This document shows, in pieces, positions 47,791 through 56,891 of a DNA stretch of 64,000 nucleotides. The DNA is taken from NCBI GenBank assembly GCA_964584225.1, contig CAZOZG010000001.1, positions 21,652 through 85,651 on the forward strand. Reading direction: 5' to 3'. The translations under genes and the position numbers were made by a program. The notes below the pieces were generated by a model. The model did no database searches and was not told the DNA's origin. It was given only the letters and a program-made list of their open reading frames with translations. This DNA is from an uncultured Candidatus Saccharibacteria bacterium. Lineage in GTDB: Bacteria > Patescibacteriota > Minisyncoccia > Phycocordibacterales > UBA2100. How positions within the stretch are numbered: the stretch's first letter is position 1; each line of letters begins with the position of its first letter.

Positions 47791-48159
47791 ATGAAAAAGT
47801 TCGCTTCGCTTATTGCGACTGTGGCACTCTTCTGTGCTCCTGCTATCGCGCTTGCCGATTCGCTCATTCCAATGGGCCCGACGCCTGAACAACTTCTCTC
47901 GCGACAAGCATTTATGAATGCAGTGGTGCAAGGGACATCAGTCGCTTGCGTCGTGCAAACGAGCGCGACACAAGTGCGCCTCAATCAGTCGTACCGAGTG
48001 TGGTGGGGATCCTTTGGCAGTAACGGCGTCGGCTGGGCGCCAGTCGGCTCGTACACGATCATGCCGAGCAAAGAGGGAATTTATGAATTCAAACTGACGT
48101 TCCACGCGGCTGATGGCACGAGCGCGACCTGCAAGACCGATGTCGCGGTCACGGCGTAA
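47791..48159 (+). CDS. Secreted hypothetical protein
   Basis: ALA signal peptide; TATAGT 6 nt before ATG. Confidence 0.75.
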   Translation: MKKFASLIATVALFCAPAIALADSLIPMGPTPEQLLSRQAFMNAVVQGTSVACVVQTSATQVRLNQSYRVWWGSFGSNGVGWAPVGSYTIMPSKEGIYEFKLTFHAADGTSATCKTDVAVTA

Positions 48160-48180
48160 ATTCATGCTACAGTAGCGCCT

Positions 48181-48786
48181 ATGCAGCACCCGAAAGACGA
48201 ACGAACTTTTGTCATTATCAAACCAGATGGCGTGCAGCGTGGCCTGGTAGGCGAGATCATCAAACGATACGAAGATGTCGGTCTCAAATTAATCGCTGCA
48301 AAGATGTTGGTGCCGACGCCTGAACAAGTAGAACAGCACTACACACTCGACCCGAATTGGCGCAAAGTGACAGGCGAGAAAACCATCAAAGGATACCAAG
48401 ATAAAGGTCTGACGCCGCCGTCGATGGATCCCTTGGAGATCACGGCGAAGATTCTCGCGAATCTTAAAAAGTATTTGGCAGCGGGGCCGGTACTCGCAAT
48501 GGTCTGGGAAGGGGCACACGCGGTGAAAATCGTGCGCAAGCTCACGGGAGGCACAGAGCCGTTGACGTCAGACGTTGGCTCCATTCGCGGTGACTACGTC
48601 TTGGATTCCTATCAGATTTCCGACCCTGATAACCGCGCTGTCCGCAACCTTGTGCATGCCTCCGGCTCTGTCGATGAGGCAAATGCCGAGATTTCACACT
48701 GGTTCAAACCTGAAGAAATCACGGACTACCGAATGATTCACGAAGAGATACTCTACGACGTAAATCTCGATGGCATTCTCGAGTAA
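48181..48786 (+). CDS. ndk: Nucleoside diphosphate kinase
   Basis: ERTFVIIKPDGVQRGL, GSIRGDY, NLVHAS. Confidence 0.96.
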   Translation: MQHPKDERTFVIIKPDGVQRGLVGEIIKRYEDVGLKLIAAKMLVPTPEQVEQHYTLDPNWRKVTGEKTIKGYQDKGLTPPSMDPLEITAKILANLKKYLAAGPVLAMVWEGAHAVKIVRKLTGGTEPLTSDVGSIRGDYVLDSYQISDPDNRAVRNLVHASGSVDEANAEISHWFKPEEITDYRMIHEEILYDVNLDGILE

Positions 48787-48832
48787 CGTCGGCGGTTGTT
48801 TGTAGAAATCGTCGATTTGATATACTAGCGGA

Positions 48833-48977
48833 AGCGGCTGGTACTTAAACCTGCTTGGTTCAAGTAAGGGAAGATCAATTTTGCGGCGCGCCAATGAGAA
48901 CCTCAATGGATTTCAGCGGCACAGCCACTTAGATCACCCACCTGGTCTATAAGCCCAGGCTTGCCGTACCCGCCGCC
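48833..48977 (+). ncRNA. ssrS: 6S RNA candidate
   Basis: Own -10 (TATACT 48821-48826); closing stem GCGGCTGGTAC/GTACCCGCCGC; CCTG/CAGG; GGGAAGATC/GATCACCCACCT; terminator follows. Confidence 0.6.
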
Positions 48978-48983
48978 CCGATA

Positions 48984-49006
48984 GACCCTGCCCTCGGCAG
49001 GGTTTC
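48984..49006 (+). terminator. Terminator after the ncRNA candidate
   Basis: GACCCTGCC-CTC-GGCAGGGTT then TC. Confidence 0.7.
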
Positions 49007-49018
49007 TCGGCAAAAGAT

Positions 49019-49387
49019 ATGTACGGACGTCGCTTCCTTTTCAATTCATTTTTCGTACTCGTCGTTTTGACGCTTTTGAATTTAGTGGGCATCATCTTTT
49101 CTCTCTACTGGCGCTTGTGGTGGTACGATATCCCCGCGCATGTCTTAGGCGGCGTGTCTGTCGCGCTCGCGGCGGCGTGGCTGCAGGCGATCCGCGGCGA
49201 GCGACCGACGTTTCTTTTTTGTATTTCGGCCGTCTTTGCCGTCGGCGTCGCGTGGGAAATTTTTGAAGCAGTCTCTGGTCTCACGCAATTTCCTCAGGAC
49301 ACGGTCGACACCATCAAAGATCTCTGTGACGACGTCATTGGTGGTCTCATCACACTTCTCCTCATCTACCGGCGGCCCGTACAGTGA
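49019..49387 (+). CDS. Small membrane protein
   Basis: WYDIPAHVLGG, AWEIFE, DTIKDL. Confidence 0.8.
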   Translation: MYGRRFLFNSFFVLVVLTLLNLVGIIFSLYWRLWWYDIPAHVLGGVSVALAAAWLQAIRGERPTFLFCISAVFAVGVAWEIFEAVSGLTQFPQDTVDTIKDLCDDVIGGLITLLLIYRRPVQ

Positions 49388-49399
49388 TATACTGCTCGC

Positions 49400-50086
49400 A
49401 TGGCGAATCGGAAAGTCTTGAATCCCAATCACACCGCAGTTCCGCGCAATTTTTGTCGGCTCCCCGATGGCTACGGTGTCGTAAAAATCGGCGTCTCCGG
49501 CGCTGCGGAGACTGGCTACTGCGGCTTGGATGCGTATGAAAAGGCGAAAGAAATAGGGCGGGAAATCGCACGGCAGGGCGGTGTCATTACGACAGGCGCG
49601 ACGACTGGATTCCCCATGTATGCAGCGATGGGTGCCAAAGATGAATGCGGCTTTTCAATTGGTTTTTCTCCTGCGGCAAACGAACGTGAGCATGTCGAGG
49701 TCTACAAACTGCCTCTGGAATACATGGATGTCGTCGTCTACACCGGCTTTGGCTATTCAGGGCGCGACTTATTGCTCACACGTTCGTCGGATGCTGTCGT
49801 GATCGGCTGCGGGCGCGTCGGGACCATCAACGAATTTGCCGTCGCCTTTGAGGATCGGCGGCCGATCGGGGTCTTAGAGGGGAGCTGGGAGACAGACGAA
49901 ATTTTGCGTCATGTGATCGAGGCGGCGCATCGTCCGAATCCAAAAATTATTTTTGATTCTGATCCCAAAGCGCTCGTCACCAAGCTCATCGAGATGGTGC
50001 AGAAAGATAAAGAGGCGACCAATCTGGTCTACAATAATCCCGAAAAGTGGGATCCGACAGCGCGTGGCGCCGAATATATTCTCTAG
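49400..50086 (+). CDS. SLOG/LOG-family Rossmann protein (TIGR00725-like)
   Basis: IGVSGAA, TTGATTG, GRVGTINEF. Confidence 0.85.
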   Translation: MANRKVLNPNHTAVPRNFCRLPDGYGVVKIGVSGAAETGYCGLDAYEKAKEIGREIARQGGVITTGATTGFPMYAAMGAKDECGFSIGFSPAANEREHVEVYKLPLEYMDVVVYTGFGYSGRDLLLTRSSDAVVIGCGRVGTINEFAVAFEDRRPIGVLEGSWETDEILRHVIEAAHRPNPKIIFDSDPKALVTKLIEMVQKDKEATNLVYNNPEKWDPTARGAEYIL

Positions 50087-50430
50087 CGCTTCACGTGCTC
50101 CAAAACGCGCGCGAAAATTTCTGGGTGGTCTTTGGCGAGTGCGCCGAGGGACTTACGATCGAGGCCGATGCTGCTTTTCTTCAGCGAGTCGATGAGTTTT
50201 GAATATGAAAGACCGAGCGGTCGGGCGGCGGCGTTGATGCGAAGCGTCCAGAGGTAACGGAATTCTCGCTTTTTTGCGCGGCGGTGCTTGAAGGCGTAGA
50301 TGCCTGCATGGCGGATCGCCTCACGTGCAACGCGCTCCTTGCTCTTTCGGTCAAAACGATAGCCCTTGGTCTGTGCCAAAAGGTAGCGGCGGCGTTTATT
50401 CTTCGTTGTTCCTCGTTTAACGCGTGCCAT
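50083..50430 (-). CDS. rplT: 50S ribosomal protein L20
   Basis: MARVKRG, FRYLWTLRINAAAR, LDRKSL. Confidence 0.98.
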   Translation of the reverse strand: MARVKRGTTKNKRRRYLLAQTKGYRFDRKSKERVAREAIRHAGIYAFKHRRAKKREFRYLWTLRINAAARPLGLSYSKLIDSLKKSSIGLDRKSLGALAKDHPEIFARVLEHVKR

Positions 50431-50433
50431 ATC

Positions 50434-50634
50434 TTATTGGATTGACTGGCCCGGGAAGAAGCGGCCTTTGTCGGAATTGCGCAGTGCCGCGTGGAACGAG
50501 ACGGCGCGGCGACGGCGCATGCGGCCAGCGCTCGACTCTTTTGCGTTGAAATGGTTGTGACCGGGCACGCGCGCGACGATCTTGCCGCGTTTGGTGACGC
50601 GAAGGCGCTTCATGTATGACTTATTTGATTTCAT
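50434..50634 (-). CDS. rpmI: 50S ribosomal protein L35
   Basis: KSNKSYMKRLRVTKRGK; between infC and rplT. Confidence 0.92.
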   Translation of the reverse strand: MKSNKSYMKRLRVTKRGKIVARVPGHNHFNAKESSAGRMRRRRAVSFHAALRNSDKGRFFPGQSIQ

Positions 50635-50697
50635 ATTGAAACCGCGCCAAAGCGCGGTAGGGGCAGTATGCCTTACGGGAGCCGAAAACGCAAGAAT

Positions 50698-51312
50698 TCA
50701 GGCAGCTGGCGCTTCAGACGAGGGCTGCTTGGCAGGCGCCGCTTTTGGCGCGGTCGGTTTGAGGCCTTTTGAGGAATCGCGCTCGAGTGCTACCGAAAGG
50801 CCTTTCGGGCTCTTCTGAATATCTTCCGCAATTTTGAAATTCTCCGGAATCAATGCCAGGAATCGCTCAAGTCGCTCCTTCAAGAAGTTGAATTCCATCG
50901 CCTTGTAGCGACCCCACAAGAAGAGATCGATTTTGACGCGGTGGCCCTCCCGAAGCCATTCTGCTGCCTTCGACGCCTTGATGTGCATGTCGCGCTCTGA
51001 GGTTCCGATCTTCACTTGCGTCACTTTGGTCTCAGTGATATGCGATTTCGCTTTCACTTCTTTTTCCTTTTTTTTCTGCTCGTACTTAAATTTGCCGTAG
51101 TCAGTGATTTTGGCGACGGGCGGCTGCGCGTTGGGAGATATTTCGATCAAATCCAATCCCAACTCGCGCGCCTTGTCGATTGCTTCGGCGATCGCCATAA
51201 CACCGAGGTTGCCTCCCTCGGGCCCAATTACCCGCACCTGCGGCGCGCGGATGCTTTCGTTCATGCGGACGCGCTCCTTGTCCTGTTGAGTCGTGTATTT
51301 AGTGAAACCCAT
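50698..51312 (-). CDS. infC: Translation initiation factor IF-3
   Basis: NESIRAPQVRVI, LDLIEISPNAQPPVAKITDYGKFKY. Confidence 0.97.
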   Translation of the reverse strand: MGFTKYTTQQDKERVRMNESIRAPQVRVIGPEGGNLGVMAIAEAIDKARELGLDLIEISPNAQPPVAKITDYGKFKYEQKKKEKEVKAKSHITETKVTQVKIGTSERDMHIKASKAAEWLREGHRVKIDLFLWGRYKAMEFNFLKERLERFLALIPENFKIAEDIQKSPKGLSVALERDSSKGLKPTAPKAAPAKQPSSEAPAA

Positions 51313-51354
51313 TTGTCCGAGCACTATAGCACAACGGTCGTTTTACGACCAAGC

Positions 51355-52704
51355 TTACAGGCCCGCGCGCGTGCCGCCGAATGGTTTCAAGGCCGCGAGA
51401 ATTCCCAAGAGCGTTGTCTTCAATGTCTGGAGCATTGCTTGAAAACCGGTTGTCTGAGAACCGATAAGCGCACCGCCATTGTAATTACTGTTTGCAAGAT
51501 CTGGCGAAACAAACGTCGGGCCGCCGCTTGGCGCAAGCGCATACGTATTGCTCGCAAGGCCAGCGTTCGGCGTTGGCTGCGAAGGGAACACTGGTACGAG
51601 AGAGACGGAATTATTCGAAATACCGTTCACGTCGAGAGATGCGTTCGCGCCGGAGCCGGTGCTCGTGGAAGATCCGTAGAGGTACTGATTGAGCAAATCG
51701 TAGATCGATGTAGAGCCTGAGTTCCCTGCCCTGCTTCCAGTCGTGCTCGCGCTTTCTGCGTTGCACATACCCGAAGCGCACCCGCTCGGACACGCCTGGT
51801 ACTGCTGTTGGGTGCAACTCGATGTCTGATAAAAAACAGCGTTGCCGGAGCAATAAAATTGTGGCGAGCACAACCCGACGGTCGAAGTTGCGCTTGTCGA
51901 CGTACCAACAGGCAACACGGTCACAGGCGTGAACGGCAGTGATGCGGGATTAAAAAGGTTGCGAAATGCGTTTGAAAGTGGGGCGGTCGGCGTGGTTTGC
52001 ATCGGAGTGTTCGACGGCCCAGGTCCGAGTTCATACTCGGCGTTGCTGTTGCGGTTGACTCCCTGGTACGCAGGACCCGATGTGTAGCTGCCATCCAACG
52101 TCCCGTATCCCCCCGTGCTCCCGTTACAAGATTGTGCACACTGACTTGTCGGTGGGCGTGCGCCGCCATCCTGCACGTGCGCTGGGTCCCACGCTCCTAT
52201 AACTGCGAGACCAAATTGCGAGACGTTGGCACGAATCCAAGTAACCGTTTGCGCGCCAGTGTTGTTGAAGTCCGCTGCGAGGCCGTACTGATGATATGAG
52301 CCGCAGGGACCAACTCTCGTCGATCCGGCGGGTAAATTCGCCTGAGCAACTGGCGATCGATAACCGTCATTAATGACCGGCTTCGGAAGACCTGCGGGCA
52401 CTGCCTGAATCATATTCTTTAGTTTTTCGGCAAACGCAGCGTTGAAGCAAGAAACGTTCACGTTTCTTGTCACGTATTGCCGGAGAAATTCCTTCGCGTC
52501 GCTTGCCTGCAAGCCGGTCTCTGCGTTTGAAGGGTCATAGCATTCGCCGAGAGAGAGCATGCCGAGTTTGTAGATTGCATCGTTGGCCATCACAGCGCGG
52601 GTTCCCGGTAAGATCGAACAGTCAGTCGTTGCGAAGGCTATCGGTGCCGGACTAGAGAGGAGGGCCAACAAACCAAAAAAAGCGACCAGCCGGCGTATTG
52701 CCAT
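51355..52704 (-). CDS. Secreted M15-like (VanY/CwlK-type) peptidoglycan peptidase
   Basis: GYRS...Q, SYHQYGLAADF, WDPAHVQ; paralog of 41628-42995. Confidence 0.85.
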   Translation of the reverse strand: MAIRRLVAFFGLLALLSSPAPIAFATTDCSILPGTRAVMANDAIYKLGMLSLGECYDPSNAETGLQASDAKEFLRQYVTRNVNVSCFNAAFAEKLKNMIQAVPAGLPKPVINDGYRSPVAQANLPAGSTRVGPCGSYHQYGLAADFNNTGAQTVTWIRANVSQFGLAVIGAWDPAHVQDGGARPPTSQCAQSCNGSTGGYGTLDGSYTSGPAYQGVNRNSNAEYELGPGPSNTPMQTTPTAPLSNAFRNLFNPASLPFTPVTVLPVGTSTSATSTVGLCSPQFYCSGNAVFYQTSSCTQQQYQACPSGCASGMCNAESASTTGSRAGNSGSTSIYDLLNQYLYGSSTSTGSGANASLDVNGISNNSVSLVPVFPSQPTPNAGLASNTYALAPSGGPTFVSPDLANSNYNGGALIGSQTTGFQAMLQTLKTTLLGILAALKPFGGTRAGL

Positions 52705-52804
52705 GTAAAAAGTATACAGCGTCGCCGACTTTGTGGGCCTTCCCGTGTGGGACAGCGCTTCATGTTCTTTGCACAGTTCGCTCTGCTAGAGTAGGATGCT
52801 CGCC

Positions 52805-53236
52805 ATGGATGTCACACAACTCACGTCGGTCGACGAAAGCGAGGCGCAGGAGCTCAACGCGCTTCTGACACAACTTTCATCAAAAGGCGAGGCAAAAAAT
52901 CGCTCGCGCGACGCATTGCACGAGGTTGCGACGACGCCGACGACGGAAGTCTGGGTTGCCAAAGACGGCGGCAAGATCGTCGGGATGGCATGTCTCGTGC
53001 TCGTCGTCTTGCCGGAAGGGACAAATGCGCGTGTCGAAGACGTCGTCGTCGATGGCTCGCAGCGCGGCAAAGGCCTCGGGCAAATTCTTTCGGAAAAAAT
53101 CATCGAGCGCGCGCGAGCGCGCGGCGCATCGACTTTGTATTTATCGAGTAAGCCGGCACGCGAGGCTGCGAATTCTCTGTATCAAAAACTGGGTTTTGAG
53201 CAGTACGAGACGAATACGTACAAGCTTCAGCTATAA
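52805..53236 (+). CDS. GNAT acetyltransferase
   Basis: VEDVVVDGSQRGKGLG, ANSLYQKLGF. Confidence 0.92.
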   Translation: MDVTQLTSVDESEAQELNALLTQLSSKGEAKNRSRDALHEVATTPTTEVWVAKDGGKIVGMACLVLVVLPEGTNARVEDVVVDGSQRGKGLGQILSEKIIERARARGASTLYLSSKPAREAANSLYQKLGFEQYETNTYKLQL

Positions 53237-53278
53237 AAAGAGTGGGCGGCGTCGGCCAAAGGCCGACGCCGCATGTTC

Positions 53279-53578
53279 TTATCGCAAATCGACTGCAATC
53301 GGCTTGGGAAAGTCGACGAGCTCGACTTCGGCATACGAGACGGTGTTGCGACTCGTGTTGAGCCACGGTGCGTCCCTGAGTTTAATTCGGGCATCAAGGA
53401 ACGCATCGTTGAGGGCGCAGGTCAGTTCGAGAATTGACTGGTTGATCGATTGCATTTGTCCGACCGCCCAGCGCAAGAAATCCTCGACATTCTCGACCGT
53501 CAATCCTGTCTTCTTCAGCTCTCGCAATTTCAAAGTCGCTACTGCTTTGAAGGCGACAGTATCGCTACTCATGGTCAT
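53279..53578 (-). CDS. Hypothetical protein
   Basis: AGGGG SD; hairpin downstream at 53245-53272. Confidence 0.6.
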   Translation of the reverse strand: MTMSSDTVAFKAVATLKLRELKKTGLTVENVEDFLRWAVGQMQSINQSILELTCALNDAFLDARIKLRDAPWLNTSRNTVSYAEVELVDFPKPIAVDLR

Positions 53579-53645
53579 GGATACCCCCTATTCGTGCTGA
53601 TTGATCTGCAAGCTGCGTTAACTATGCCTGCCCGCAGGAGGTGAG

Positions 53646-54287
53646 TCAACGTGACGAAAAAAGCGACGGCAGCATCGCGGCACGCGCGCGGAAGTTGCGC
53701 ACGCAGTCGTACAATGCACCGAGCGAAATGAGCGATTGCAATATACCGAGCGACGCATACGCCCACGGAGCGTCAAAGAGATGCGGCGAGCTGTAGACTG
53801 CGGCAAAGGAGGTCACGTTGAAAACAAACGCAATCGGAACGAGGTATTTCATCTCCATCACGTGTCGCGATTCGATCTCGCCAATATAGTCGGCAGGGAA
53901 ATGCATTCGCATCGAGCGGATAATTCGCAAGTCAACGACGTAAATCACAAAGACAAACGCTGAAAAGACACACCAGGTGAGAAACCACAGCACAAGATTC
54001 TGCATCATGCCGTATGCGATCACTTGAATAAACGCCGCGACGAAGTAGGTGAGCATGTGTTCCATCCGAAGTGGCCAACGGATAAAAGAAACTGCATGCA
54101 AAATCGCTTGCGACCAAAAGACGAGAAGAATAATCAGTCCGGCCAAGATGTAAGGAAGGTGCGGCCACATACCTGGCGTGTGCAGAATATCGAGCGTATT
54201 TTCGGCCAAGAAAGTAAGCGCCACCGCCTCGATGATGCTGATCAAAACAAGTTCGATGTTGAGTGCTATCTCATCGAGCTTGGTCAT
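53646..54287 (-). CDS. Multi-TM hypothetical protein
   Basis: About 6 TM; TACAAT 6 nt before ATG. Confidence 0.75.
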   Translation of the reverse strand: MTKLDEIALNIELVLISIIEAVALTFLAENTLDILHTPGMWPHLPYILAGLIILLVFWSQAILHAVSFIRWPLRMEHMLTYFVAAFIQVIAYGMMQNLVLWFLTWCVFSAFVFVIYVVDLRIIRSMRMHFPADYIGEIESRHVMEMKYLVPIAFVFNVTSFAAVYSSPHLFDAPWAYASLGILQSLISLGALYDCVRNFRARAAMLPSLFSSR

Positions 54288-54350
54288 GCCGGCATTGTAC
54301 ACGCAGGTACAAAAAGAGAAACCGCCGCGGCCTACTGGCCGCGGCGGGAA

Positions 54351-54878
54351 CTATTCAATAACTTGTGCAACCTCCCAATTAGGATCGGGGTCCACGAGCG
54401 GTTCTCGCTCGTGCGCGTAGACGACGACATCAGTACCGCGTACTTCCAGTTTCGTGACACGTGCCCGCGGGTCTAGTGCCGAGTTGTCGAATGTTCGCAC
54501 GAACTCGATAAACTCGGCTGCGAGTTCCCGAAACAGTGCATCACCTCGAGCACCCGGCGGGATCGTGATTACAAAGAAGAGATCGTCTTTAACCTCCTCT
54601 GGAAACTCTCCGTCTTTTATAAACTCAAACGAAACCTCACCGTCCCAGATTTTTTCAGCTTTACAGGCTTCGATGAGAGCACGGTCTACAAGAGCACGGT
54701 CTGCGTAGGTTCCGACTGTTTGGACAAGTTTGACACCGTACGCGTCGCGCAGTCTTTCAATTTCCTCCTCTCTTGCGAAGAGAAGTTGAATTTTGACAAG
54801 CCAGGGACATTCCGGATGCGTTCTGATGGCTTTTAGAATTCGACGCACAAGCGGCATCGAGGGTTTAAAGTCAAACAT
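54351..54878 (-). CDS. Hypothetical protein
   Basis: GGAG SD; hairpin CCGCCGCGGCC/GGCCGCGGCGG downstream. Confidence 0.65.
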   Translation of the reverse strand: MFDFKPSMPLVRRILKAIRTHPECPWLVKIQLLFAREEEIERLRDAYGVKLVQTVGTYADRALVDRALIEACKAEKIWDGEVSFEFIKDGEFPEEVKDDLFFVITIPPGARGDALFRELAAEFIEFVRTFDNSALDPRARVTKLEVRGTDVVVYAHEREPLVDPDPNWEVAQVIE

Positions 54879-54961
54879 CTTTAGTCTCCACGTTTCTAGC
54901 GGCACAGTACTCTATGTGTTTCCCGAAAGCAAAACCACCGCGACTGTCCACAGGGCAGTGC

Positions 54962-54991
54962 TTGACAGGTGGACCATGGTTCACCTATACT
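54962..54991 (+). promoter_or_regulatory. Promoter with palindromic operator
   Basis: TTGACA-18-TATACT; spacer filled by AGGTGGAC-CATG-GTTCACCT. Confidence 0.8.
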
Positions 54992-54994
54992 GAG

Positions 54995-55567
54995 ATGGCC
55001 ATGTATGAGGAGTATAAAAAGAAATTTCTGGCGTTTTATGAAAAGAGTGGGCGTATGCCCGGCTACGCGGAGACGATGGCATTCACGGGTTTTAGATCCA
55101 AGAACGCTGTGTTCAAACTTATCAGTCGACTTGTGGAGGAAGGAGTTCTCCGAAAAGACGCCCGAGGACGACTTTCCCCCGGTGCATTCGGACAGGGCAT
55201 TCGACTGCTTGGTTTGGTCGAGGCAGGATTTCCGTCGGCGGCCGAAGAAGAGCTTTTGGACACGATCGATTTTGATGAGTACCTGACGCCGAATAAAGAG
55301 TCGAGCTACATTTTGAAAGTAAAGGGTGATTCGATGATTGAGGCTGGTATCCAGCCGGGAGACATGGTGATTGTCGAGCGCAAAGCCAATTACAAGCCCG
55401 GGCAGATCGTCATCGCACAGGTAGACAGCGAGTACACGATGAAGTATTTGCGCAAAAAAGGCGATCGCTACTACCTCGAGCCGGCCAATGCGAAGTACAA
55501 GCCGATTTATCCGAAGGAAGCATTCAGCGTCGAGGCAGTCGTCACGGCGGTAGTTAGAAAGTACTAA
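54995..55567 (+). CDS. LexA-like repressor (wHTH + S24 autopeptidase; UmuD-like cleavage site)
   Basis: N-terminal MP...FRSKNAV; VEAGFPS; VKGDSM (Ser); TMK (Lys). Confidence 0.88.
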   Translation: MAMYEEYKKKFLAFYEKSGRMPGYAETMAFTGFRSKNAVFKLISRLVEEGVLRKDARGRLSPGAFGQGIRLLGLVEAGFPSAAEEELLDTIDFDEYLTPNKESSYILKVKGDSMIEAGIQPGDMVIVERKANYKPGQIVIAQVDSEYTMKYLRKKGDRYYLEPANAKYKPIYPKEAFSVEAVVTAVVRKY

Positions 55568-55569
55568 CT

Positions 55570-56874
55570 ATGTGGGGATCTCCTCGAAATTTTCCAAGAG
55601 CGATTTTGCACGTCGACGGTGACTCTTTCTTCGCAGCAGTCGAAGTTGCGAAGAACCCATCGTTACGTGGCAAGCCCGTGATTACCGGCAAAGAGCGCGG
55701 CATCGTTTCCGCATGCACGTACGAAGCAAAAGCCCGCGGTGTGAAGCGCGGCGTGAAGTTGTCCGAAGCGCTGAAGGCCTGTCCCGACGCGATTGTGTTG
55801 CCCTCTGATTACGAAACGTACTCGCTCTTCTCGGAGCGCATGTACGAAATCGTGCGGCGCTACACCCCCGACGTAGAAGAGTATTCGATTGATGAATGTT
55901 TCGCGGATCTTACCGGTATGCGCCGCGTCAATCACATGGGCTACAGGGATATGGCACTCGAAATTCGGCAGAAGTTGAAGATCGAGCTGGGGATGACATT
56001 TTCCGTCGGTCTTTCGGCGACAAAAGTCTTGGCAAAAGTCGCGTCGAAGTGGGATAAACCCGACGGCTTCACCGTGATTCCAGTCGATGAGGCGCCAAAA
56101 TTTCTTGCGAAAATTCCCGCATTCAAAGTCTGGGGAATCGGCCACAACACTGCCGCCTATCTCGAAAAATTCGGCATCCGCACAGCGCTCGACCTCGCGC
56201 GGCGCGATGATGCGTGGGTACGCGCGAATCTCTCGAAGCCATTTTATGAACTGTGGCACGAGTTGAACGGTCGGGTTGTCTTCCAACTCGCAACTGAAAA
56301 GAGGGAGACCTATCAATCCATTAGCAAGACGAAGACGTTTACGCCGCCGTCGCGTGATCAGCATTTCATCTTTTCGCAGCTATCAAAAAATATCGAAAAT
56401 GCGTGCATCAAGGCGCGTCGCTGGAATCTTGCGACCAAAGAGATTTTCTTTTTCCTCAAGACGCAAGATTTCAAATATCATGGGTTTGAGATCAAGTTGC
56501 CGCATCTCACCTCAATCCCGCAGGATATTGTGCGCGAAGTGAAGCGTTTTTACTCGCAGGTGTATCACAAGGGCACGCTGTATCGAGCAACTGGCATCAC
56601 GCTTTTGAAATTGCGAGATGCCGACGAAGCACAGCTCGATCTTTTTGGTGCCGTACAAAAATCGGAGGGAATGAAGCTTGTGTTCAAAAGTGTAGACGAA
56701 ATTTCCGAACGCTACGGCAAGCACGCCGTGTTCTTGGGTTCGAGTTTTGAAGCGATGAAATTCGGCGCGCACCTTGGCTCACGAGGCGACACGCCCGCGC
56801 GCACCAAAGAGCTTTTCAAAGGGGAGACGTCTCGCCGACGGCTCGCGATTCCATCGCTCGGAGAGATTGATTGA
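55570..56874 (+). CDS. dinB: Y-family DNA polymerase (Pol IV/UmuC-like)
   Basis: HVDGDSFFAAVE, YEAKARGV, YSIDECF, KPDG. Confidence 0.93.
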   Translation: MWGSPRNFPRAILHVDGDSFFAAVEVAKNPSLRGKPVITGKERGIVSACTYEAKARGVKRGVKLSEALKACPDAIVLPSDYETYSLFSERMYEIVRRYTPDVEEYSIDECFADLTGMRRVNHMGYRDMALEIRQKLKIELGMTFSVGLSATKVLAKVASKWDKPDGFTVIPVDEAPKFLAKIPAFKVWGIGHNTAAYLEKFGIRTALDLARRDDAWVRANLSKPFYELWHELNGRVVFQLATEKRETYQSISKTKTFTPPSRDQHFIFSQLSKNIENACIKARRWNLATKEIFFFLKTQDFKYHGFEIKLPHLTSIPQDIVREVKRFYSQVYHKGTLYRATGITLLKLRDADEAQLDLFGAVQKSEGMKLVFKSVDEISERYGKHAVFLGSSFEAMKFGAHLGSRGDTPARTKELFKGETSRRRLAIPSLGEID

Positions 56875-56891
56875 GCGTGTACAATGAGCTC

